Of a DNA stretch of 64,000 bases, positions 22,032 to 33,790 are shown piece by piece. The DNA is from an uncultured Gemmatimonadaceae bacterium (lineage in GTDB: Bacteria; Gemmatimonadota; Gemmatimonadetes; Gemmatimonadales; Gemmatimonadaceae): positions 704,001-768,000 of the forward strand of contig CAWFQK010000004.1 in the NCBI GenBank assembly GCA_963817955.1. Direction: 5' to 3'. The notes under the pieces are model-generated. The model worked only from the letters and a program-made list of their open reading frames with translations. It ran no database searches and was not told where the DNA came from. The position numbers and the translations under genes were made by a program. Positions within the stretch are counted from its first letter, which is position 1, and every line of letters begins with the position of its first letter.

Positions 22032-22186
22032 ACCATGTATTATAACGGCGGCCGTAGGGCATGGGCTAGCCGAGAAACGGATGGCTCACCGCGTCGTTCC
22101 CTACCGACGCCGGGATCGAGATCCGCCCAGAAAATGTCCCACCGATGCACTGGGTCGATGTAGGACATAGTGGGGCTATCCCGTCC

Positions 22187-22441
22187 TTAGCCTACGGTAG
22201 AGCCCTGTTCGCGCCCATCGGCCAGCGTCACATCAAACGCGTGCAACATGTCCGACATATCCGACATGAAGTGCGGATCCGAGGCCGCTTCGGCGTACTC
22301 CGCGTAGAGGCGCTCGCGGCGACGCTCTCTCAGGGCGGCGACAACAGCCTGCTCGACGAATGCGTCGGCACTCGAGGCATCCTTCGCTGCCACGACCGCC
22401 TTGATCGCCTCGACTACGCGCTCATGCAGGCGGAATGTCAC
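22187..22441 (-). CDS. Small antitoxin-like protein, probably 5'-truncated
   Basis: TFRL..V..A...FVEQAVVAALRERRRE.LY..Y resembles RHH-type antitoxins; lies within the TA cluster. Confidence 0.45.
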   Translation of the reverse strand: MTFRLHERVVEAIKAVVAAKDASSADAFVEQAVVAALRERRRERLYAEYAEAASDPHFMSDMSDMLHAFDVTLADGREQGSTVG

Positions 22442-22446
22442 CTTCT

Positions 22447-22632
22447 TCAGCGGATCTGCGGCGGTGCTGCGGCGGCGTGTGACCGCGGAGCGTGGTGTCT
22501 GCTGGATCGTAACGTGACGCGCACGGCGCGCAGGAAGTCAGGCCCGAGGCCATCGCTCCTCTCCTCATACCAGCGAACGGCATCCGCGATGTCCGCTCGC
22601 GACGCTCTCCGAACGAACAAGCGCGGCGTCAT
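22447..22632 (-). pseudogene. Truncated ParE/RelE toxin
   Basis: RADIADAVRWYEERS.GLG.DFL is a ParE N-terminus; similarity is lost afterwards. Overlaps the addiction-module gene. Confidence 0.75.
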
Positions 22633-22844
22633 CCGCCGCGCTCTGCAATCTCGTCGATGACCTGTTCCCACGGCTCGCCCAGGTCGCCATCTGCAGCGAG
22701 TTCGACGCGGCGGCGGCGGACCAGCTCAACTTCCTCCGGCGAAGGTGCGATGACGTCGGGTTCGAGGCTGTCCCACAGTTGCTCGGCGAACTCGATTCGC
22801 TCCGCCGGGCGCAGATGGCTGAAGTCGAAGATAGGCCTGGCCAT
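22629..22844 (-). CDS. Addiction-module component (putative antitoxin)
   Basis: L..AERIE.AEQLWDSL...RRR...PWEQV. A partial second copy lies at about 21150-21225. Confidence 0.82.
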   Translation of the reverse strand: MARPIFDFSHLRPAERIEFAEQLWDSLEPDVIAPSPEEVELVRRRRVELAADGDLGEPWEQVIDEIAERGG

Positions 22845-22873
22845 ATCGCGACGAGCGAGGCCGGACTCCGAGG

Positions 22874-23098
22874 TCACGCCGCCGTGGCCCGCGCGAGCAG
22901 CAGCTCCTTCGCGAGCTCGAGAACCGCGACGGCTTGCTCGCGCGAGACGCTCGGAAAATTGTCGAGAAACTCGTCGAGGGGATCGCCCGCTTCGAGGTAA
23001 TCGAGGAGCGTCTGGACGGGGACGCGGGAACCGACGAACACGGGCGTGCCGCCCATGATCTCGGGATCGCTATGAATGGGAAGCTGATCGGTCTGCAT
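22874..23098 (-). CDS. DUF433-family protein (putative antitoxin)
   Basis: DPEIMGGTPVFVGSRVPVQTLLDYL..G..LDEFL.NFPSV.REQ. Confidence 0.92.
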   Translation of the reverse strand: MQTDQLPIHSDPEIMGGTPVFVGSRVPVQTLLDYLEAGDPLDEFLDNFPSVSREQAVAVLELAKELLLARATAA

Positions 23099-23263
23099 GC
23101 GGCGCTCCGATGAAGGCCCCCTTCAACTTACACCGAACTTTGGTGGCGTGGCTAACACGACCGACGAAGAAGCTGAGTGGCCTGGCCGAAGCGTCGCCGG
23201 TCTCGAAAGTTCCTTGGAAGAAGGGTGAGCTTCTGAGGTTGTGGCCGTCACTTAGACCTGGGC

Positions 23264-24222
23264 CTACTGGAACGCCTCTTCCAGTTGTCTCAACCGCGCC
23301 GCGAGCTGCTGTCTGACTGACTTCGGTGCCAGCACCTCGGCCTCCGGCCCGTACTGCAACACATGCCGCATTGCCCAGTGCTCGTCCGCGAGCGGATGCT
23401 CCAGCGTCAGGCTGCCGTCCGGGGCAACGCACTTCCCTTCCCGCTCCGCGATCCATCCAGCGATGCGCGCCGAGTAGCGCACAACGAGTGTCTCGGCGCG
23501 CTCCGCCTCGAAGAGACGGGTGCCCGTGATGATCTCATCGACTGAATAGTCGGGAGCAAGCTCGAAGTGTCTCGTCGGTCTGCGCCACCGACTCCATCCG
23601 GTCGAGCCGGAAGACTCGCAGCGCCTCGCTGGTCCTGGCAGAACGCCACCATGTACCACATGCCGCGAGCGAACACGAGGCTGTACGGGCAGACAATACG
23701 CGATCTCGAGGTCGTCGATGCGCCGGCACGATAGCGGATCTCGAGCTTGCGCCGCAGGCGATGGGCGGCCTGAATGGACGCGAGGTGATCGGCACCAGCG
23801 GCCGAGATCTCCGCGTGCTGTACGCCTTCGAAACGGTCATTGACCGGCAGTCGAGTGATCGCCTGTCGCAGGCGCTCGAGCGCGCGGTCTACTGCCGGCC
23901 ATTCCTCCGGCGTCCGCTCGCGTCGCAGGAGCGCAAGCCCAAGCTCCAATGCGCACAGCTCGCGCATCGTGAGTCGCATCGGTCGCAGGAAGTGCGTCGT
24001 GAATGCACTCACTTCCCTGTCGTCCCACTCGAGGCTCAGGCCGGCGACGAATCCGCTCGGTTCGTCGAAGCGTTCGCCGAGGGAGATCACGTCATCCAGC
24101 AATGTCTTGCGGGAGACGCCCAGCCGTTCCGCAATGTCATCGATGGCGTGGGTCTCGCCGTCCGCGACCTGCGGAATGAGGAGGAGGATTCGATTGAGCG
24201 CGTGCGCGGCGGTGTCGCTCAT
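23264..24222 (-). CDS. PafC-like WYL regulator (copy 2, frameshifted near 23570-23635)
   Basis: High identity to 13271-14227 but split by two +1 insertions; may be a pseudogene or sequencing error. Confidence 0.82.
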
Positions 24223-25325
24223 GCGTCCACCCGTGAGTCCGCCTGTGAGTCCGCCAGACTGCGATCGTAGAGCTTGCGCGTCGTCTGGAGCACCTCGCGG
24301 AACTGCGCGATGATCTCGGGCGGACCAAGCGGTATGGCTTCACCGGCGAAGGAGAGCAGCCACCACACGAATCGATCGGGCCGCCGCACGGCAAATATCC
24401 GGTGGGTCGGTGCGTCCGTCACCGGCGAGCCGAGTGCGGCAGCCGCGATCACCGCGCCGCTCGAGCCGCGGAACTCCACCGTCACCGAGACGACCTCATT
24501 GTCGCCGAGTTCCCACGCGAGTCGGGAGCGAGCGTGCTCGCGGAGCACGAACGATCCCGGAATCTCGTACTGGGGCACCTCGCGGTCGGGAGCAAGCTGC
24601 TTCACTCCCGCTATGCGATTGACGCGGAAGTTGCGCAGTGCACCGCGATCGACGTCTCGCGCGACGAGATACCAGTGTGCGTTGAGAAAGAAGAGCCCAT
24701 AGGGCTCGACCGTCCGAGCGGTGGCGCTGTCATTCGCGACCGCGCGATACTCGAAGCGGACCAGCTTCCGACCGTGCAGGGCGTCGCCCAACGCCTCGAG
24801 CACCCGCCTGTCCGCTGGCGCGCGGGCGGGCACAATCACGGTGTCGTCCGTCGCCGACACGGCTCCGATGGGAAGATCGTACGCCAGCTTCCGCATGGCG
24901 CTCGCCACGTCCGCCGCCAGGGGTGCGTTCCCGAGCTGCTCCGCTCGCGCCGCGCCCTCGGCCACCGCTTGCAGTTCATCCGCGTCGAAGCTCAGGCTCT
25001 TGAGCGAATGATACCCGAACCGATCCACCCGTGAGGGTGTCGACTTCCCGCGTGGCGTGGTGACGGACAGATAGGGCAGGTAGAAGTCCGCGGTGCGCAG
25101 ACGATACCGAAAATCCGTCTCGCCGTCCTCTCCTTCGCTTTCGATGGGAACGCCAAAGGCTTTCAGATCCTTCTTGTCGCGTTCGAACTGGCGCTTGGCG
25201 GTCGCCCTCTCCTTTCCATTGTAGGCCGGTACTTCGCGGGCGATCTCATCGAAGGTGATGGCGCGCTGACGACCGAGCAGCGCGGCCAGGAGGTCGATCC
25301 AGCGTTGCAGCTTGGACGATGACAT
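24219..25325 (-). CDS. PafB-like HTH-WYL-WCX regulator (intact)
   Basis: RQFERDKKDL..FG.PI, RTVEPYGL...HWYLVARD..R.ALRNFRVNRI, WCX tail; ATGA overlap with the pafC-like gene. Confidence 0.9.
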   Translation of the reverse strand: MSSSKLQRWIDLLAALLGRQRAITFDEIAREVPAYNGKERATAKRQFERDKKDLKAFGVPIESEGEDGETDFRYRLRTADFYLPYLSVTTPRGKSTPSRVDRFGYHSLKSLSFDADELQAVAEGAARAEQLGNAPLAADVASAMRKLAYDLPIGAVSATDDTVIVPARAPADRRVLEALGDALHGRKLVRFEYRAVANDSATARTVEPYGLFFLNAHWYLVARDVDRGALRNFRVNRIAGVKQLAPDREVPQYEIPGSFVLREHARSRLAWELGDNEVVSVTVEFRGSSGAVIAAAALGSPVTDAPTHRIFAVRRPDRFVWWLLSFAGEAIPLGPPEIIAQFREVLQTTRKLYDRSLADSQADSRVDA

Positions 25326-25379
25326 TCGCTACGCGGTGGGGAGCTGGTGCGGCATTGGAAGCCTATTCGAAGGAGAAAC

Positions 25380-25562
25380 TTACCGCTCCTGAACCTCGAG
25401 AATCACGATGTTCCTGAACGTCGGGTGCTGCCGTTGGAGCTCCGCCTGGATGGCGAGTTCCGACTGACCGTAGACCGTCAATACGGCCCGATTGACGCGT
25501 CGCTGGTCCGAGCCATCGGTCGAGTGCTCATAGATGACGCTGAATGTCTGGTAGTGCGCCAC
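25380..25562 (-). CDS. Conserved 60-aa hypothetical protein (copy 2)
   Basis: GAGGAGG SD; paralogue of 14842-15024. Confidence 0.7.
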   Translation of the reverse strand: MAHYQTFSVIYEHSTDGSDQRRVNRAVLTVYGQSELAIQAELQRQHPTFRNIVILEVQER

Positions 25563-27450
25563 TCAAGTCGCCTCCTCTGTTCTGGGTAGGTGAGGCCGCA
25601 CCAACTCCGTGAGCGTTTCCTGGTCTACAATAGACTCCGACATCAGCCGATTGGCTATGGCATCCAGGAGCGGGCGATGCTGGGCAAGCATCTCCTTCAC
25701 CACTCCGTATTCTGTAGAGAGGAACGCGCGCACGAGTTCCTCGATGTGTGCCGCTTCCGAGCTAATGTCGAAAGGTGTGGAAATAGACGGAAGGCGGTGA
25801 CACCTTCTCGGGTGAGTCCAATCACCCCCGGGAGAATCCCGGCAACGAAAAGGAGCCACCGCCCATGAAGAAGATGAAGGATGAGCCAGCCACGTCAAGC
25901 GCGACGTGGGACACGTTGGAGTCCTTTGCGCGGATGCATATCCAAGGATTCATTCAGCAGCTGTTGGAAGAGGAGGTGACCGAGCTGCTCGGGCGACAGA
26001 AGTCCGCGCGCCGCAGCGCGGTGGATGCGCCGACCGGGGCGCGCAACGGGCACGGGAAGCCGCGAAACCTCTCGCTCATGAATGGGACCATCGTGGTGCG
26101 CCGGCCACGGGTGCGCGACCTGGATGAGCTGTTCGTGAGCCGCCTGCTGCCGCTCTTTCAGCGGCGCACCAAGGAACTGAGCACGCTGTTGCCCGAGCTG
26201 TATTTGCATGGCCTCGCGCTCGGGGATTTCGAACTCGCGCTCCGCGGCCTGTTGGGCGACGGGGCGCCGCTGAGTGCGAGCTCGCTCGTGCGCCTCAAGG
26301 CGACGTGGCAGGCGGAGTATGCGGTGTGGCAGCGGCGCGACCTGAGCGACCTCAAGCTGGTGTATCTCTGGGCGGACGGCGTGTATGTGAAAGCCGGGCT
26401 TGAGCACAGCAAGGCAGCGCTCCTGGTGTTGATCGGCGCCGACGCGGAGGGGCGGAAACACGTTCTCGCGGTGACCAGTGGCGAACGCGAATCGGTGGTG
26501 AGCTGGACCGCCGTGCTCCGCGACCTGAAGGCGCGCGGGCTCTGCGCCCCCAAGCTCACGATCGCCGATGGGCATCTCGGGCTCTGGGGCGCACTCGCGG
26601 CGATCTATCCGACGAGTGCCGAGCAGCGGTGTTGGAATCACAAGATACGGAATGTGCTCGACCTGGTGCCGAAGAAACGCCAAGCCGAAGTCACCGTGCA
26701 GCTCCAGCAGATCGCCGCGGCGGAGACACTGCGGGCGGCGGTGCGGCTGCGCGATGCGTTTGCCCGCACGTACCGTCGCGTGGTGCCCAAAGCCGTCGAG
26801 TGCCTCGAGCGTGATTGGGACCGCCTGGTCGCGTACTACGCCTTTCCGCAGGAGCACTGGAAGCATCTGCGCACGACGAACGTGATCGAATCACCGTTTG
26901 CCGCGGTGCGGCTCCGCACGATCCGCGGCGAAGCGCTTCAAGAAAGTCGACAATGCCACGACGTTGATCTGGAAAACCTTACTCGTCGTCGAACAACATT
27001 TCCGCAAACTGAACGCCCCGCACCTCTGTACCGACGTGTACGATGGCGCCGTGTTTCACGACGGTATCTGCACCGTGACCCCGACCCGGGAACGGATCGC
27101 CGCCTGACGCCTATTTACACACCAATTGACAAGAGCTCCCGCTTCCGAGGCGCAGATTGATACGCACGTCGTGACGCATATCGGCGTACGTGTCTCGATC
27201 ACCAGACTCGTACAGGAACTTGTACGATTCCACAACGGCACCCTTCAGGTTCGCAGACGGCAGGATGGATGAGTATTCCGGAACATTCTGGCCGTCGGAG
27301 TCGATGACGGCGACCAGGGCGTGTCCAGCCTCGTGGTACGCCGTCTGCCGGCGGATCGCTTCTATCTCCGTGGACGGCAACTCTGCCTCCTCGAAGCCGC
27401 GCAGGGTCAGGTTGACCAGATCGACGAACTCCAATTTGCGTTTCTCGCGT
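25563..27450 (-). pseudogene. FtsH-like peptidase M41 3' region, interrupted by IS256 and 5'-truncated
   Basis: AYHEAGHALV (27140-27434 segment) and L.QHRPLLDAIA.RL..E.IVD (25563-25758 segment) flank the IS. Confidence 0.75.
25759..27138 (+). mobile_element. IS256-family element with transposase (25865 to ~27107, frameshift near 26920)
   Basis: Imperfect terminal IRs (GAGCT..TGTC....GGTGTG.AAATAG), 8-bp target duplication CCGCTTCC at 25751-25758 and 27139-27146, and motifs YLWADGVY, QRCWNHK, RTTNVIES. Confidence 0.95.
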
Positions 27451-27485
27451 GGGGCCGATTAGTATTCCTATTGCAGGGCTGCTCC

Positions 27486-27719
27486 ATGCTGATTGAGAAC
27501 CCGATAGCAATCGCCTCTTCCTACTGGGCGAAACTGCCACGATTAATATGGCAGAATCACATCCCAGTAGCCTCGACGCCCATGGGCGAATCGAAAATAA
27601 TGGTTCGACTCGACTTGGGCGGACGTGACGACGCATACACGTTACACGTTCTCAGATGGAAATCAGGGGCCGGAGTATTCATTCCGGCCTTGTGGGTGTC
27701 CGAAACCCTCAACCAGCAT
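27486..27719 (+). ncRNA. Candidate retron-like (msr/msd-type) structured RNA
   Basis: ATGCTGATTGAG / CTCAACCAGCAT inverted repeat (11/12) encloses hairpins at 27502-27513, 27521-27570, 27577-27621, 27623-27642 and 27668-27689; upstream of a retron-type RT. Confidence 0.55.
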
Positions 27720-27737
27720 CAGAGGAGGTGAAGATAC

Positions 27738-28064
27738 ATGCGAATCGGGAAACCGAAGAAGGCACTCCGCAAACTGCGCGGCACGAAGCGTGGCAACGAG
27801 GTGCCGAATCGGCGGACACGAGTTTCGAACGGGAAGCCCTCATGGTTCCCGACGGATATCGCGAGCGTTGCCAAGGCCGTTGGTAAGCTCGTCACTTCGG
27901 AGGTCACGAAGTGCCTAGTGACCGAGGCTTACAACGTCATCCGCGAATACGTATCGAGACTCACCATCCGCACTACACTCCGCTTCGGCGGCTGCACCAT
28001 ACGACTAGACCGAGCGCTCTCGAAAGTCATGAGCGGCTCGGTCTTGTCAATTCCTCCGGTATGA
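27738..28064 (+). CDS. 108-aa orphan protein coupled to the RT (candidate effector)
   Basis: Strong SD GAGGAGGT at 27722-27729; TGA overlaps the RT ATG (ATGA at 28061-28064); basic N-terminus and an amphipathic central helix. Confidence 0.55.
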   Translation: MRIGKPKKALRKLRGTKRGNEVPNRRTRVSNGKPSWFPTDIASVAKAVGKLVTSEVTKCLVTEAYNVIREYVSRLTIRTTLRFGGCTIRLDRALSKVMSGSVLSIPPV

Positions 28065-29164
28065 CGAACGCAGGTCGCAAGCTCGGACTTGGGAGTATCG
28101 CGGGTACGCTGTGCACAAAGATCGCGTGCCTCAGGAAGCACGCCGCTGAAGTGAACACTTCCTATTCGCGTTACCCGAAGAAGAAGTCGTCTGGCGGCCA
28201 TCGGTGGATAAGTACTCCATCTGATGAGCTGAAAGAGCTACAGGGTCGCCTTCGCGAGCGCATCCTCGAACCACTCTCCTCCACGCCCGAACTCCTCGCC
28301 GTGTTGATGCGAGACCCGCTCCGAAATGCTCGCCTGCATGAAGACGCCGCTCACATCTTGATGCTCGACTTGAAGGAGGCGTTCCCGTCAACCTCAGCGC
28401 GGCGTGTGAGAAACACTCTCGTTCGAGCTGGCATGGACTCTCCAGCGGCGCGACTCATCACAGAGCTGACTACATACCGCGACGAGCTTCCGCAGGGAGC
28501 CCCCACGAGCAACGCACTCCTCGACCTGGTTTTGCGCCCAATGGATAGAGCCATCGTTCGGTTCTGCAGACGGCGTGGTGTCCAATACACTCGCTACGCC
28601 GACAACCTTGCCTTCTCATCAGAGGAACCACTCAACTGCGTGGAGCGTTTCGTCCGTCGGAAGCTTGGGGAGTACGAATTCGAGATCAATCCGCCGGTGT
28701 ACGGAGGTCGTTCGGCTCCAGTGGACATAACCGGCGTACTCACTGGCAAGTCTCTCCGGGTTCGGCCGAAGACGATCGAGAAGACCAAGGCTCGTATCAT
28801 CGCCGCCGAGGCCACTGGCTCCGAGCCTGAAAAGGCGTCCGCGAGGGGGGCAATGGGCTGGGTCGTTCGTGTGAACCCTCGACAGGCGGCAGAACTCGTC
28901 TCCCAGACGCTTCCACCCGAAAGTGAACTCGCGAAAGCCCTGGCACCAAGACGTCGGCCTTCAGCTGTTGATAACAGCGTGAGTTGCGGCGAGCGACTGC
29001 GGATTAGCTCAACCTCGCCAAAGTGCCTCGACGGGGTCTACTCCGATTCCCTGATCTGTTCCGGACGGCACCCCATCCCGCCACATCGCGTACAGGATTC
29101 CTACGAGCCGCCGCTCCAGGGCGACCACCGCGATGCGTCAAGTGCGCGACATCACGCCGAGTGA
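28061..29164 (+). CDS. Retron-type reverse transcriptase with a YADN catalytic motif
   Basis: KKSSGGHRWISTP, LKELQ, NARLH (retron NAxxH), LDLKEAFPS, LPQGAPTS, YTRYADNLAFS, ITGV (VTG region), GWVVRVNP thumb. Confidence 0.88.
   Translation: MTNAGRKLGLGSIAGTLCTKIACLRKHAAEVNTSYSRYPKKKSSGGHRWISTPSDELKELQGRLRERILEPLSSTPELLAVLMRDPLRNARLHEDAAHILMLDLKEAFPSTSARRVRNTLVRAGMDSPAARLITELTTYRDELPQGAPTSNALLDLVLRPMDRAIVRFCRRRGVQYTRYADNLAFSSEEPLNCVERFVRRKLGEYEFEINPPVYGGRSAPVDITGVLTGKSLRVRPKTIEKTKARIIAAEATGSEPEKASARGAMGWVVRVNPRQAAELVSQTLPPESELAKALAPRRRPSAVDNSVSCGERLRISSTSPKCLDGVYSDSLICSGRHPIPPHRVQDSYEPPLQGDHRDASSARHHAE
29055..29140 (-). mobile_element. IS110-family transposase C-terminal remnant
   Basis: Minus strand reads RIAVVALERRLVGILYAMWRDG, typical of IS110 C-termini. 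Confidence 0.6.
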
Positions 29165-29281
29165 CCTCGACAAACACAAAGGTGCGGACAGGCGGTAAGT
29201 TGGCGATTGTCAGTGGTGCGGTGCAAGTTCAATCTCTCGCCGCCCGGCATCACCTGGCGCCCCCTCCTGAACAACTTATAG

Positions 29282-32797
<3,516 letters not shown>

Positions 32798-32802
32798 ACT
32801 CC

Positions 32803-33790
32803 ATGAGGGAGCTCAACGTCTCCTGCGAATCGATCATCTTACGGTCAAGAACTTCCGCTGCTTTGCAGCTTGCGATCTCAAGCTGCACGCCAAAGCTGAC
32901 GGTTCTTGTCGCGGAGAATGCTGCAGGGAAAGACGTGCGCTGCTCGATGCGCTGCGTTTGGTTCTCCAGGGTTTTGTTACTTCGGCCGGAAGTGTCGGGC
33001 AGCACCGTGGCTTCGAACGGACGGATATACATCTGGAGCAGAGTAAACAGCACTGTCGATGGAGACGCGACTTCCAACCGAGTTTCACGTTGATGGGGAG
33101 GTCGATGGCGAGTGTGTTTCTTGGCTTCGCACTCTGAGCAAAGGCAGTTTGCACGCCAAGACGTCAACAAGGAATCTCAGGGGCATCCAGCGGATCGCCA
33201 ACGCCTAGCTGACCGAGCAGACCGTACACGACAATTTCCCGATCGATTCGTCCACAATCTTGCCAGTTGTGGCCTATTACGGGACAGGGCGGCTTCTACG
33301 ACGAGCAGCGCCTTACGAAAAGCAGGCGGTGGCTGGCCGGATCCAGTCCAAGCCGCGTTTCAGCATACCTGGATTGCCTCTCACCTTCATCGTCCTATAA
33401 ATCGTTCTCCACTTGGTTTGGTCAGAAATGGGAACAGGTCAGTGAGCCTCGCTTTCGTGCGGTAGGATTTGAAGCCCGACCAGAGAATCAAATTGCAGCG
33501 GTGCGCAATGCGGTCCAGCACCGTGCTCGATCCCACGAGTGGCTGGACAACCATTGTGTGGACCCCAGCGACTCTAGATGCCGTACGGACGCAACTGTTA
33601 GCCCGGGCTATATCGCGCTAGAACATTCAGAGAAAGGTCAGCTTCCACTAACCCACCTCAGTGACGGTGTGCGCAACATGGTCGCCCTCGTCGGTGATTT
33701 GGCCCACCGGTGCGTGCGATTGAATCCGTTCTTCGGCGAAGACGCAGCCAAGCGAACCCCGGGAATTGTCCTTATCGATGAAGTGGAGAT
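32803..33790 (+). pseudogene. PtuA/OLD-like ABC ATPase (AAA_21), frameshifted and 3'-truncated
   Basis: RIDHL.VKNFRCF, ENAAGK, LSDGVRNM.ALVGDLAHRC..LNP, PGIVLIDEVE; the expected HLHP.WQ does not follow. Confidence 0.75.

Noticed and set aside
27321..27731. 136-aa + strand ORF upstream of the RT
   Set aside because: Its 5' part is antisense to the M41 remnant, it has no SD or domain, and the region is better explained as structured RNA.
27911..28060. N-terminal extension of the RT given in the ORF track
   Set aside because: RT similarity starts after the ATG at 28061, which overlaps the upstream stop; the extension runs through structured sequence.
28061..29164. Group II intron, DGR or CRISPR-associated RT
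   Set aside because: It has retron NAxxH and ITG motifs and PQGAPTS; I saw no intron domain V, template/variable repeat pair or cas1.
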